DNA of 64,000 nucleotides, taken from the IMG/VR virus record IMGVR_UViG_3300010354_000047, positions 64,001-128,000 of that record; one strand, given 5' to 3'. The stretch's first letter is position 1. Each line of letters begins with the position of its first letter. Source of the DNA: a virus. Below the pieces are notes generated by a model that saw only the letters and a list, made by a program, of their open reading frames with translations, was not told the DNA's origin and ran no database searches. Both the position numbers and the translations under genes were made by a program. This document shows, in pieces, positions 57,069 to 64,000 of this stretch.

Positions 57069-57152
57069 CGGGTTTACTCCCGTAGGGTCGAGCTATAGTG
57101 GGTTTGTCGGGTTTCCCGACTCTCACACATTGCTTTTTAGCCCTGAGAACAA

Positions 57153-57542
57153 ATGACACGCAATTCTTCACTCGTTCCTAGCAGCAGTATCTTCGATAAC
57201 TCCAGCCACGATTTGGTAGAGTTTTTGATGAATAGGGGTAGCTTTGGCTTCCCCTCTGAGACCTACTTTAGATCCCGCTCCCTGGTCGTTAGACCGGTGA
57301 AGACAGAGGAGTCTGAAGCGATCATCGAGATTGAGACCCCTGGAATCAACCCCTCTGATATATCTGTTACAATCGAAGGCAAGTCTCTTACGGTAAAGAC
57401 ACCAAGAGGTGATGCCTATGTGACTATTGGTCAGAGGTTAAAGTCTGAGGACGCTACTGCTTCCTTGAAGCATGGCCTTCTCACGATCAGAGTTCCAAAA
57501 AGGGATTCTAAGATCGTAGAGGTCCAAGTTCACGAAGAGTGA
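57153..57542 (+). CDS. hsp20: Small heat shock protein
   Basis: IETPGINPSDISVTIEGKSLTV...ASLKHGLLTIRVPK. Confidence 0.88.
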   Translation: MTRNSSLVPSSSIFDNSSHDLVEFLMNRGSFGFPSETYFRSRSLVVRPVKTEESEAIIEIETPGINPSDISVTIEGKSLTVKTPRGDAYVTIGQRLKSEDATASLKHGLLTIRVPKRDSKIVEVQVHEE

Positions 57543-57551
57543 ATAGTTTCG

Positions 57552-57576
57552 GCCCCGCCTTTCGGTGGGGCTTTTT
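57552..57576 (+). terminator. Intrinsic terminator between convergent genes
   Basis: GCCCCGCC-TTTC-GGTGGGGC-TTTTT. Confidence 0.82.
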
Positions 57577-57736
57577 AGTATGCCATCAAAGCGTAGACTT
57601 CTTCCGCAGAGAGCCCACCATTTTTCTCAACTGCTTGAAGGATTTTCTCAGCCTTTTCATCAGCAGCAGGTGTGTTCATGCGAACGAGACCTTTTCTCTT
57701 TACCATTGCTCGAAAATTAGCGCTTTGTTCTTTCAT
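57575..57736 (-). CDS. 53-aa protein coupled to the kinase (candidate inhibitor/immunity)
   Basis: Manual translation MKEQSANFRAMVKRKGLVRMNTPAADEKAEKILQAVEKNGGLSAEEVYALMAY; ATGA overlap with the kinase stop. Confidence 0.6.
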   Translation of the reverse strand: MKEQSANFRAMVKRKGLVRMNTPAADEKAEKILQAVEKNGGLSAEEVYALMAY

Positions 57737-58494
57737 TTTAGGTTCTGAATTTCTTGAAGGTACTCTTCTGCTAACCTAACTTTCTTAGCCTTATTCGCTT
57801 TACTCGTTGATTTCGTGATCTTCTTATACTCTTCTAGGTATTTGTTGACAATCTGAAAGTACGGATCCGTAGAGAGTTCGGGATTGTCCCACCCAATTAG
57901 CTTCGCTATCTTTGACAAGTCCTGCAAAACTCGATTCGGCTGCACGGAGGTCTTAACAATCAATCCAAAGTCAACCAGCTTCACATTGTTGTTGTCCACA
58001 AGAAACTGCTGACTATGTGCGTCACCATGGGCATAACCTATTCTATGCAGGTCTCGCAGAGCGTAAGCGGCTTTTCTAGCCTGGGTAGCATTCATGATAG
58101 CCTCCCCTTCTTCTTTCCCGAAACTCTTCCAAAGGGGTTTTCCTTTGGCTAATTCCATCTCAAGATGCTTCGGACTTGAAGAAATAATTCTGGGGGAATG
58201 GCCTAACTCCCCCATGCGAGTCGCGACCTGAATCTCTTCGTCTCCAAACTCCGAAGACTCATCCTTCATAATCTTGACAACTCTCTTTCCGTCGGGGCTT
58301 ATACGAACCTCCCCTTGGTAACCTTCCGCAAGTTTGTTCCAACTGCTGTAATCAGGCTCTTGGTTCAGTCTCCCTGAAGCTTGCTCCAGAACAGCTCCCC
58401 ATTTTCCGGGGAGAGCTTTACGGCATTTTTTGCTGCTAGAAACGCAGGCTCCTCCGCAGCTTATGCCTTTTGAGCAGTTTAGCTTTCCTCTCAC
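57733..58494 (-). CDS. Tag-B protein-kinase-fold enzyme
   Basis: CSKGISCGGACVSSSKKC tag; LAEGYQGEV, VVK, HGDAHSQQ, VDFG. GTG 58494 overlaps the endolysin stop. Confidence 0.8.
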   Translation of the reverse strand: MRGKLNCSKGISCGGACVSSSKKCRKALPGKWGAVLEQASGRLNQEPDYSSWNKLAEGYQGEVRISPDGKRVVKIMKDESSEFGDEEIQVATRMGELGHSPRIISSSPKHLEMELAKGKPLWKSFGKEEGEAIMNATQARKAAYALRDLHRIGYAHGDAHSQQFLVDNNNVKLVDFGLIVKTSVQPNRVLQDLSKIAKLIGWDNPELSTDPYFQIVNKYLEEYKKITKSTSKANKAKKVRLAEEYLQEIQNLK

Positions 58495-59210
58495 GATATT
58501 ATAGCCCATCCATCATTCTCCCCATCTACCGTCCATCTCGAATCGAGAAGGTTCTTACTGTATTTCTTGGTCTTTCCGTCTATCTTTGGATAGGTTCCTG
58601 AAGCGTGATCAATTTCCCCCCACGGATCATGAACAATATACCAACAACCCCCTGGAGCTTTTGGATCCAGTTCCTTACCGATCACAATAAGCCAGTGCCC
58701 CCCACCAGAGGGACGAGATGCTGGACCTTTGTGTAGGATACCAATTGGAACAGGAATTCCTTTACTCAGTTGAGAGTCAAGAAGTGAAAAGGTACCATTT
58801 GTGACAAATTTCGCAGGTAAGCCAAAAGCTTTTAGCGTTTGAATTTGGATATGTGCGTCCGTAGTGTCACCTGATTTGAAAACTTCTCGAACATATTTAT
58901 CGTCCCCTCGAGAACCTGGAAGGGTCCCGGGCTTCATGGCCTCTAGAAGCATTGCGCAGCTGCTGGAAAAGCAAGTGCGATAGGCATCTCGATAGTTGTC
59001 CCTTTGGGAGAAGTAAGGGACTTTTAGCAGAATGTTCTTGTTCATGGGAGTCCTAAACTTTCTAACCCATTTCGCCTCATCAGTGAGAAGTTCAGAATCT
59101 GCATCTCTAACAGACTTTTCGAAATCCAAAAGGGCATCTTTTTGGTTAGGGTTCTCTGGTCTAAAGTTTGACACAAAGTCCAACAACTTTCCAGGGGGAA
59201 AGGCAGGCAT
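58491..59210 (-). CDS. C39-like peptidase, probable endolysin
   Basis: LKVPYFSQRDN...TCFSSSCAM, GGHW, VHDPWG. Confidence 0.78.
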   Translation of the reverse strand: MPAFPPGKLLDFVSNFRPENPNQKDALLDFEKSVRDADSELLTDEAKWVRKFRTPMNKNILLKVPYFSQRDNYRDAYRTCFSSSCAMLLEAMKPGTLPGSRGDDKYVREVFKSGDTTDAHIQIQTLKAFGLPAKFVTNGTFSLLDSQLSKGIPVPIGILHKGPASRPSGGGHWLIVIGKELDPKAPGGCWYIVHDPWGEIDHASGTYPKIDGKTKKYSKNLLDSRWTVDGENDGWAIIS

Positions 59211-59286
59211 AGGGCTTGGGTGACTAACTTAGTTTACCCTCTCTCTTTGTGACTCCGGGTAAAAGTTATCAGTTTGATATGGAAAA

Positions 59287-59673
59287 GTGGATCGTAGAAT
59301 TCGTTCAACGAATTCGAAACCACGAAATCGAAAAACTCTCGCCGACAAATGTGCAGAAACTATCGGAAGCTGGACATTCATCGGAACACAAGCTTTCGGG
59401 TTGTTTCTCTGGATGAGCTTAAACGGGACAGGACTCCTAAGGCTCGACCCTTACCCTTTCATCCTTCTGAATCTTCTGCTATCCACCCAAGCTGCGTTCA
59501 CAGGTCCAATCCTTCTCATGGCTTCAAATCGCCAGTCAGAAATTGACAGAAAACGAGACATAGCCCATTATGAACTCGACCTTGAAGAGAAAGGTACCAT
59601 AGACCAATTAGCTGTCGATCTAAGAAAGATAAACAAGAGACTCGAATCCCTTGAGGACAATGAGCACTACTAA
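59287..59673 (+). CDS. DUF1003-like membrane protein
   Basis: GSWTFI, DPYPFILLNLLLS.QAAF.GPILLMASNRQ. Confidence 0.8.
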   Translation: MDRRIRSTNSKPRNRKTLADKCAETIGSWTFIGTQAFGLFLWMSLNGTGLLRLDPYPFILLNLLLSTQAAFTGPILLMASNRQSEIDRKRDIAHYELDLEEKGTIDQLAVDLRKINKRLESLEDNEHY

Positions 59674-59896
59674 CCTTTCGGAAAGAAGATCCTTCAACAC
59701 AGAGATTCGTGCCCCCTGGAATCCTGTAATTCACAATCTACTTAAGGCGATCGAGTATCATGTTCACTATGATCTGGAGAAAGATAGCGAGTATCATCGA
59801 CAGCAGGCAGCGGTACTAAGGAAATATGTGGCTAACTTGAAAGACTGGATTGAGAAAGAAGAAGATTTAGAACGGGTAAAATCAGTGAAAGAGTAG
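59660..59896 (+). CDS. Hypothetical protein
   Basis: FNTEIRAPWNPVIHNLLKAI; ATG 59660. Confidence 0.55.
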   Translation: MSTTNLSERRSFNTEIRAPWNPVIHNLLKAIEYHVHYDLEKDSEYHRQQAAVLRKYVANLKDWIEKEEDLERVKSVKE

Positions 59897-59905
59897 CTTA
59901 CCCTC

Positions 59906-61144
59906 ATGTCTGTTATTGTCTTTCCGGACAGTCCTGTAAACGGTCAAATATACCCTCCAAAGCGCATTCCCGGAGTAAACCAGTATAAGTGGAACGCAAG
60001 CGCTTCGACTTGGGAAATCGTTTTAGAAATCGGAGCGCCAGGGCCAACGGGTCCGACTGGGCCGCAGGGGGCGACAGGTGTGGCCGGGACAACCGGTTTG
60101 GTCGGAGCAACAGGTCCGACTGGGCCGCAAGGAGCGACAGGAACAAATGGAGCCTTTCTTCTTACGGTAAGTCCGAATGTTGGTTTGACTCTTGAGGATT
60201 ACAATCTCTCAACCCTGTACAACACACTCGTCGACGATGAGGAGCTTAGCGTTTCCGTTGGAGGAGCTGAACCGACTCCAGCCTCAGAGTGGAAAGAGAA
60301 AAATTTGGTCGAAGTCCTAGATACCATTCTATTTCCTGTCCTTCAGCCGACCTATACTCTCCCCACAGTATCCCTCTCTGCTTCTCAATCGGGAATCAAA
60401 GAGATAGGCGCTCCCCTTACCCAAAATTTAACGATAACTGCTATCAAAAATGACGCCGGCATATTTACATCCTTAAATCTCCAGAGAAATGACACCATTA
60501 TCGCTTCAGTTTCTGGCCCGATTGGCTCGCCTTATCCAAGTTTGCCAGCCCAATTTGGCTTCGCAGATCCGAATAATCCCAACTTCTCCTACTCTCTTTC
60601 CTACTCTAACACACTAACTGTAACCACGGGGACAACGTCCTGGGATGGAGAAGGTTGCTTTAATGCGGGTTTACCCAAAGATACGAACAAAGGTGACACC
60701 GATTCTCGACCAGCCCAATTACTATCTGTCAATGCTCGCCAGAGTTCAGGTTGCTTGAACTCATCCACAGTTTCGATTGAAGGAATTTATCCCTACTTCT
60801 GGGGAAAATCTGTGACAGCCCCCACAGCGGGATCCATCGCAGCGAGTATACAGGCAGGTACGGAAAACAAGGTTCTAGCGAGTGCAAGCACAGGTGTTTC
60901 GGCACAATTTGATGCAGCTGCCGAGTACATTTGGTTTGCTCACCCTGCGATTTACACTACGAAAACAATCTGGTTTAATACGCCCCTAAACCAAGGGTAT
61001 ATTGGACCAACAAACTTTATTAATGACCCGGTTACTCAGACTGTGACCTCCCCAAACGGTTATTGGGCGGGAATCAGTTACAAGGTGTATGTTAGCAATT
61101 ACGCAACAAACACAACCGGTACCATCCAGCTTCTAAACTCTTAA
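59906..61144 (+). CDS. Collagen-like fibre protein
   Basis: FPDSPVNGQ N-terminus, Gly-X-Y run, beta-rich C-terminal domain. Confidence 0.7.
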   Translation: MSVIVFPDSPVNGQIYPPKRIPGVNQYKWNASASTWEIVLEIGAPGPTGPTGPQGATGVAGTTGLVGATGPTGPQGATGTNGAFLLTVSPNVGLTLEDYNLSTLYNTLVDDEELSVSVGGAEPTPASEWKEKNLVEVLDTILFPVLQPTYTLPTVSLSASQSGIKEIGAPLTQNLTITAIKNDAGIFTSLNLQRNDTIIASVSGPIGSPYPSLPAQFGFADPNNPNFSYSLSYSNTLTVTTGTTSWDGEGCFNAGLPKDTNKGDTDSRPAQLLSVNARQSSGCLNSSTVSIEGIYPYFWGKSVTAPTAGSIAASIQAGTENKVLASASTGVSAQFDAAAEYIWFAHPAIYTTKTIWFNTPLNQGYIGPTNFINDPVTQTVTSPNGYWAGISYKVYVSNYATNTTGTIQLLNS

Positions 61145-61148
61145 CATA

Positions 61149-61862
61149 ATGAGTATTCATCTCAATGATAACTTATTCATTGAGGGGCCAAAGCCTATTG
61201 ATGACAAGTATGGCCCATACTCGAGTGTTTCTCAGGCTCTTGAGGCCATTGAAACAATTGTACGCTACCGAGGTTTAACAGTCGGCGTCCTTCAATCTGG
61301 CTCCCTAAGAGAGTACTGGTTTCGGGACGGGATTGAGGACCTGAATCTCGTAGAGAAAGGAAATCAAGGGGCAACGGGTGCCCCTGGGGAGCCTGGGCAA
61401 GACACCTTCGGGGCGATGGGGGCAACTGGCCCTTCCGGAGCGAGTGGCGTGAAAGGGGCGACGGGGGCGACGGGGGCGACGGGATTCGGAGCGACGGGGG
61501 CGACGGGACCTGTTGGTGAGATGGAGATAGCCTTCGCTGTCAATACGGATCCGTATCTCACTACAGGGACCAAAATAACTTTTTCAATGCCGTACACTCT
61601 CGTCGTGGGGAGAGTATTTTTGAGCACGGCGGAAATTCCTCGGCTTCAGCCTGTGATTGTAGACATCACTAAGAACGGTGTCTCCATTTTTTCGACGAAA
61701 CCGGAAATTTCCTCGGATTTTACAATGGGTGGCTGGAACGCCTCCTTTTCCTCAGCGACTCTCGAGAAAAATTCCCAGATCCGAATAATCGTGAACCAGG
61801 TTGGAAGGCTTCCGGATACGGGAAACCGCCTTATGGTCTGGCTTCTGGGGGCAAAAGGTTGA
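61149..61862 (+). CDS. Collagen-like fibre protein
   Basis: PIDDKYGPY...RY.GLTV N-domain and GATG repeats. Confidence 0.7.
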   Translation: MSIHLNDNLFIEGPKPIDDKYGPYSSVSQALEAIETIVRYRGLTVGVLQSGSLREYWFRDGIEDLNLVEKGNQGATGAPGEPGQDTFGAMGATGPSGASGVKGATGATGATGFGATGATGPVGEMEIAFAVNTDPYLTTGTKITFSMPYTLVVGRVFLSTAEIPRLQPVIVDITKNGVSIFSTKPEISSDFTMGGWNASFSSATLEKNSQIRIIVNQVGRLPDTGNRLMVWLLGAKG

Positions 61863-61913
61863 GTCGAACGCGGGTAAGATCAGCTATAGAGATTTCTATT
61901 TGGCCTACCTTGA

Positions 61914-62585
61914 ATGAGCATTCATCTCAATGACAACCTATTCATTGAGGGTCCGAAGCCTTTAGACGACAAGTATGGTCCGTACGAAAGTATATCTGCG
62001 GCCCTTTCAGCAATCGAACCCATTGTTCGTTCTCAAGGTTTGACTGCAGGAATTATTCTTGATGGCCAATTATTTGAGTACTGGTTTCGAGAGGGAGTTC
62101 TTGACGAGGACTTTATAGAAAAAGTAGGAAGTGGCGCAACTGGAGCTACAGGTGCTACAGGTGCTACAGGAGTGGGAGTTTCGGGTGCCACTGGAATTTC
62201 GGGAGCGAATGGGGCCACAGGAGCGACAGGAGCGACCGGTTTCTCTGAAGTCGGAGCAACCGGGGCTACGGGAGCAATAGGAGGAGATCAGACCCTAAAC
62301 TTTTACGTTAGTGGGAATGAGACAGACGAGCTCGTGTCCGGACTCATTTTCACTTTTCAAATCCCTTATGACTATTCCGTGAGCGAGGTCTATCTGAGTC
62401 TCGCTTCTCCTCCAATCGGATATTCCGTATTCGTTGACGTTCGTGTTGAAGGAAATTCCATTTTTTCCTTTTCTCCGATCGAAATAGGTGCGGGGGAGTA
62501 TTACGGCTGGTCTTCTGCTCTGGATATTACAACTTTTCCGGCTGAGTCCACTGTCGAGATATGGGTCGATTGTGTTCAAAGCTAA
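61914..62585 (+). CDS. Collagen-like fibre protein, paralog of 61149..61862, possibly C-terminally clipped
   Basis: First 15 aa identical to the 61149 protein; ends WVDCVQS without the paralog's last strand. Confidence 0.65.
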   Translation: MSIHLNDNLFIEGPKPLDDKYGPYESISAALSAIEPIVRSQGLTAGIILDGQLFEYWFREGVLDEDFIEKVGSGATGATGATGATGVGVSGATGISGANGATGATGATGFSEVGATGATGAIGGDQTLNFYVSGNETDELVSGLIFTFQIPYDYSVSEVYLSLASPPIGYSVFVDVRVEGNSIFSFSPIEIGAGEYYGWSSALDITTFPAESTVEIWVDCVQS

Positions 62586-62688
62586 TGATTAACTTCATCA
62601 CAAATGTGTCCGGAGAAAGTATGTGTGAGTCTAGCAGCAAAGACATCTCCACAAAGTAAAGGTTGGACTAATTTTACAAATTGATAAT

Positions 62689-63843
62689 ATGACAGCATCT
62701 GTAACGCCTCTTCTGGTATGGACAATTACGCCTCCTGAGCCAACATCTCCTCTTCAAGGTTCATATACTCTCGGGTATGAGTTTCAAACAGCAACAACTC
62801 AAAAAATTAATCATTTAGGGCTTTATCTTCCATCTACTTCATCTGGTTTCTCCAGTAGTCATACGATAACATTATGGAATAGCAGCCAATCTGTTTTGGC
62901 TACAGCTACTGTTCCCGCTGGTCCTTGTGTTTCTATAGATTATTTTTGCTGGTTTCCGCTCGATGGTTCACCTGGCTTAGAGGTATCATTGCCTCCTGGG
63001 ACTTACCGAGTTGGAGCATTTTATGACACCAACCCATCAGGATTCACCAACGATCCATTTGTTGCCCAAATCTCACCTTCTGGAATCGTTATCAATCCCA
63101 ACCCTACTGTAAGTGGAAACTTTGTTCGTGGTTATGCTGGTGTGGGAAATGTTTACCCAAACCTTGGTGCAAACACTTCTATTCGTAGTTATTTCGGCCC
63201 CAACGTTGGTTTTTTATCTGCAACTCCTTATTCAGGACCAACAGGACAACTTTGGCCTCTAGGTGTTCCAGATCCTTTGCCGGTGAAATCTGATCCTTTA
63301 ATGGTTTGGACTAACACTCCACCCTCACCATCAAAACTTCCATTTTCTGCAACTGTTGGTTTTGAGTTTCAATTGGGGGCTACTAGAAGAGTTGAAGAAC
63401 TTGGTATTTATGCCACACCTGTCGGTTTTACCAGCGAACATAAATTAACTCTATGGAATAGTTCACAAACTCCACTCGCTACAGCAACTGTTTCAAGTGG
63501 AGTTCATACAACAACAGATTATTTTCACTGGGTTCCTATTGATGGCCCTCCAGGATCTTATGTGACTCTTCCTCCTGGTACATATCGTGTCGGGGCATTC
63601 TATGATGTTGATAATACAGGCTTCTCTAATGATGCTTTTATTGAACAAGTTTCAATATCATCTATTGGTGTAAACCCTACTGTCTCAGCCAATTACATCA
63701 TAGGATATTCAGGACCCGGTGACACTTATCCATCTTTTGCTGGAGATCCTAGCTTTAGGAGCTTTTTTGGTCCTAATGTAAGATTCAAACCAAAACCAAC
63801 AGGGCAACTCTGGCCGATCGGTTCAATTTTTCCAGAGGAGTAA
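62689..63843 (+). CDS. Protein with two DUF4082-like domains
   Basis: Twice [LV]G[YF]EFQ...LG[LI]Y...H..TLWNSSQ..LATATV...LPPGTYRVGAFYD...FGPNV, each followed by PTGQLWP. Confidence 0.65.
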   Translation: MTASVTPLLVWTITPPEPTSPLQGSYTLGYEFQTATTQKINHLGLYLPSTSSGFSSSHTITLWNSSQSVLATATVPAGPCVSIDYFCWFPLDGSPGLEVSLPPGTYRVGAFYDTNPSGFTNDPFVAQISPSGIVINPNPTVSGNFVRGYAGVGNVYPNLGANTSIRSYFGPNVGFLSATPYSGPTGQLWPLGVPDPLPVKSDPLMVWTNTPPSPSKLPFSATVGFEFQLGATRRVEELGIYATPVGFTSEHKLTLWNSSQTPLATATVSSGVHTTTDYFHWVPIDGPPGSYVTLPPGTYRVGAFYDVDNTGFSNDAFIEQVSISSIGVNPTVSANYIIGYSGPGDTYPSFAGDPSFRSFFGPNVRFKPKPTGQLWPIGSIFPEE

Positions 63844-63847
63844 TTAA

Positions 63848-64000
63848 ATGGCAACAATAAATCCATTACTTAAATTTGATCCTCTCGTTTCACCAAATCA
63901 ACAATCTGGACTTAGTTTTAACGCAACAGTTGGTTATGAATTTGGATTAGTTAGCGATAAAATAATCAATCAAATAGGACTTTTTTATCCTACAGGGGGT
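63848..64000 (+). CDS. Further DUF4082-like protein, 3'-truncated by the window edge
   Basis: MATINPLL...ATVGYEFGL...INQIGLFYP; open to the end of the window. Confidence 0.55.
   Translation, partial: MATINPLLKFDPLVSPNQQSGLSFNATVGYEFGLVSDKIINQIGLFYPTGG

Noticed and set aside
57106-57120. GTCGGG-TTT-CCCGAC hairpin before hsp20 as an RNA thermometer
   Set aside because: It does not cover the ribosome-binding region; a 5' stabilising hairpin is equally plausible.
60030-62280. GGxGCxACx tandem DNA repeats
   Set aside because: Explained by collagen-like GAT/GPT coding.
1-64000. Stop-codon reassignment, introns or inteins
   Set aside because: Long genes read through in the standard code and end in all three stops; nrdA, nrdB, thyX and the visible part of terL show no intervening elements.

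Overview
64 kb of a large tailed-phage genome, almost certainly a cyanophage: it carries hli, two nblA-like genes, phoH, speD and a C39-type endolysin. It does not look like a standard T4-like cyanomyovirus, since it encodes two sigma70-family sigma factors. Layout: 3' part of the terminase large subunit and phoH (1-2.4 kb); a block of modular, probably late-expressed proteins (2.5-15.3 kb); tail fibre/adhesin genes (15.3-30.8 kb); DNA/nucleotide metabolism mixed with tape measure and hub genes (30.8-55.1 kb); a second block of modular proteins, hsp20 and a lysis gene (55.1-59.9 kb); collagen-like and DUF4082-like fibre genes (59.9-64 kb). Main observation: ten genes carry one of two Cys-rich tags. 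Tag A is [DE]FxxCxRP[DN]G[ST]xYG[ST]xG[KR]CxxG; tag B is CxKGx[SA]Cxx[AT]C[IV]x5C. The tags are joined to different cargoes, including two Cas9-like HNH domains and three kinases. Four tag-B genes are followed by a small translationally coupled ORF, and the two ORFs after kinases resemble each other. Many of these proteins also share a short leader and [FY]xE motifs at domain borders. By inference this is a virion-loaded polymorphic effector/immunity system. It appears to be transcribed from a GGGTA[AT] promoter, usually 29-35 nt before the start codon, that fits the encoded SigF/SigB-like sigma factor. All family calls come from motif recognition by eye; no database search was run. No tRNA, rRNA or CRISPR array was seen.
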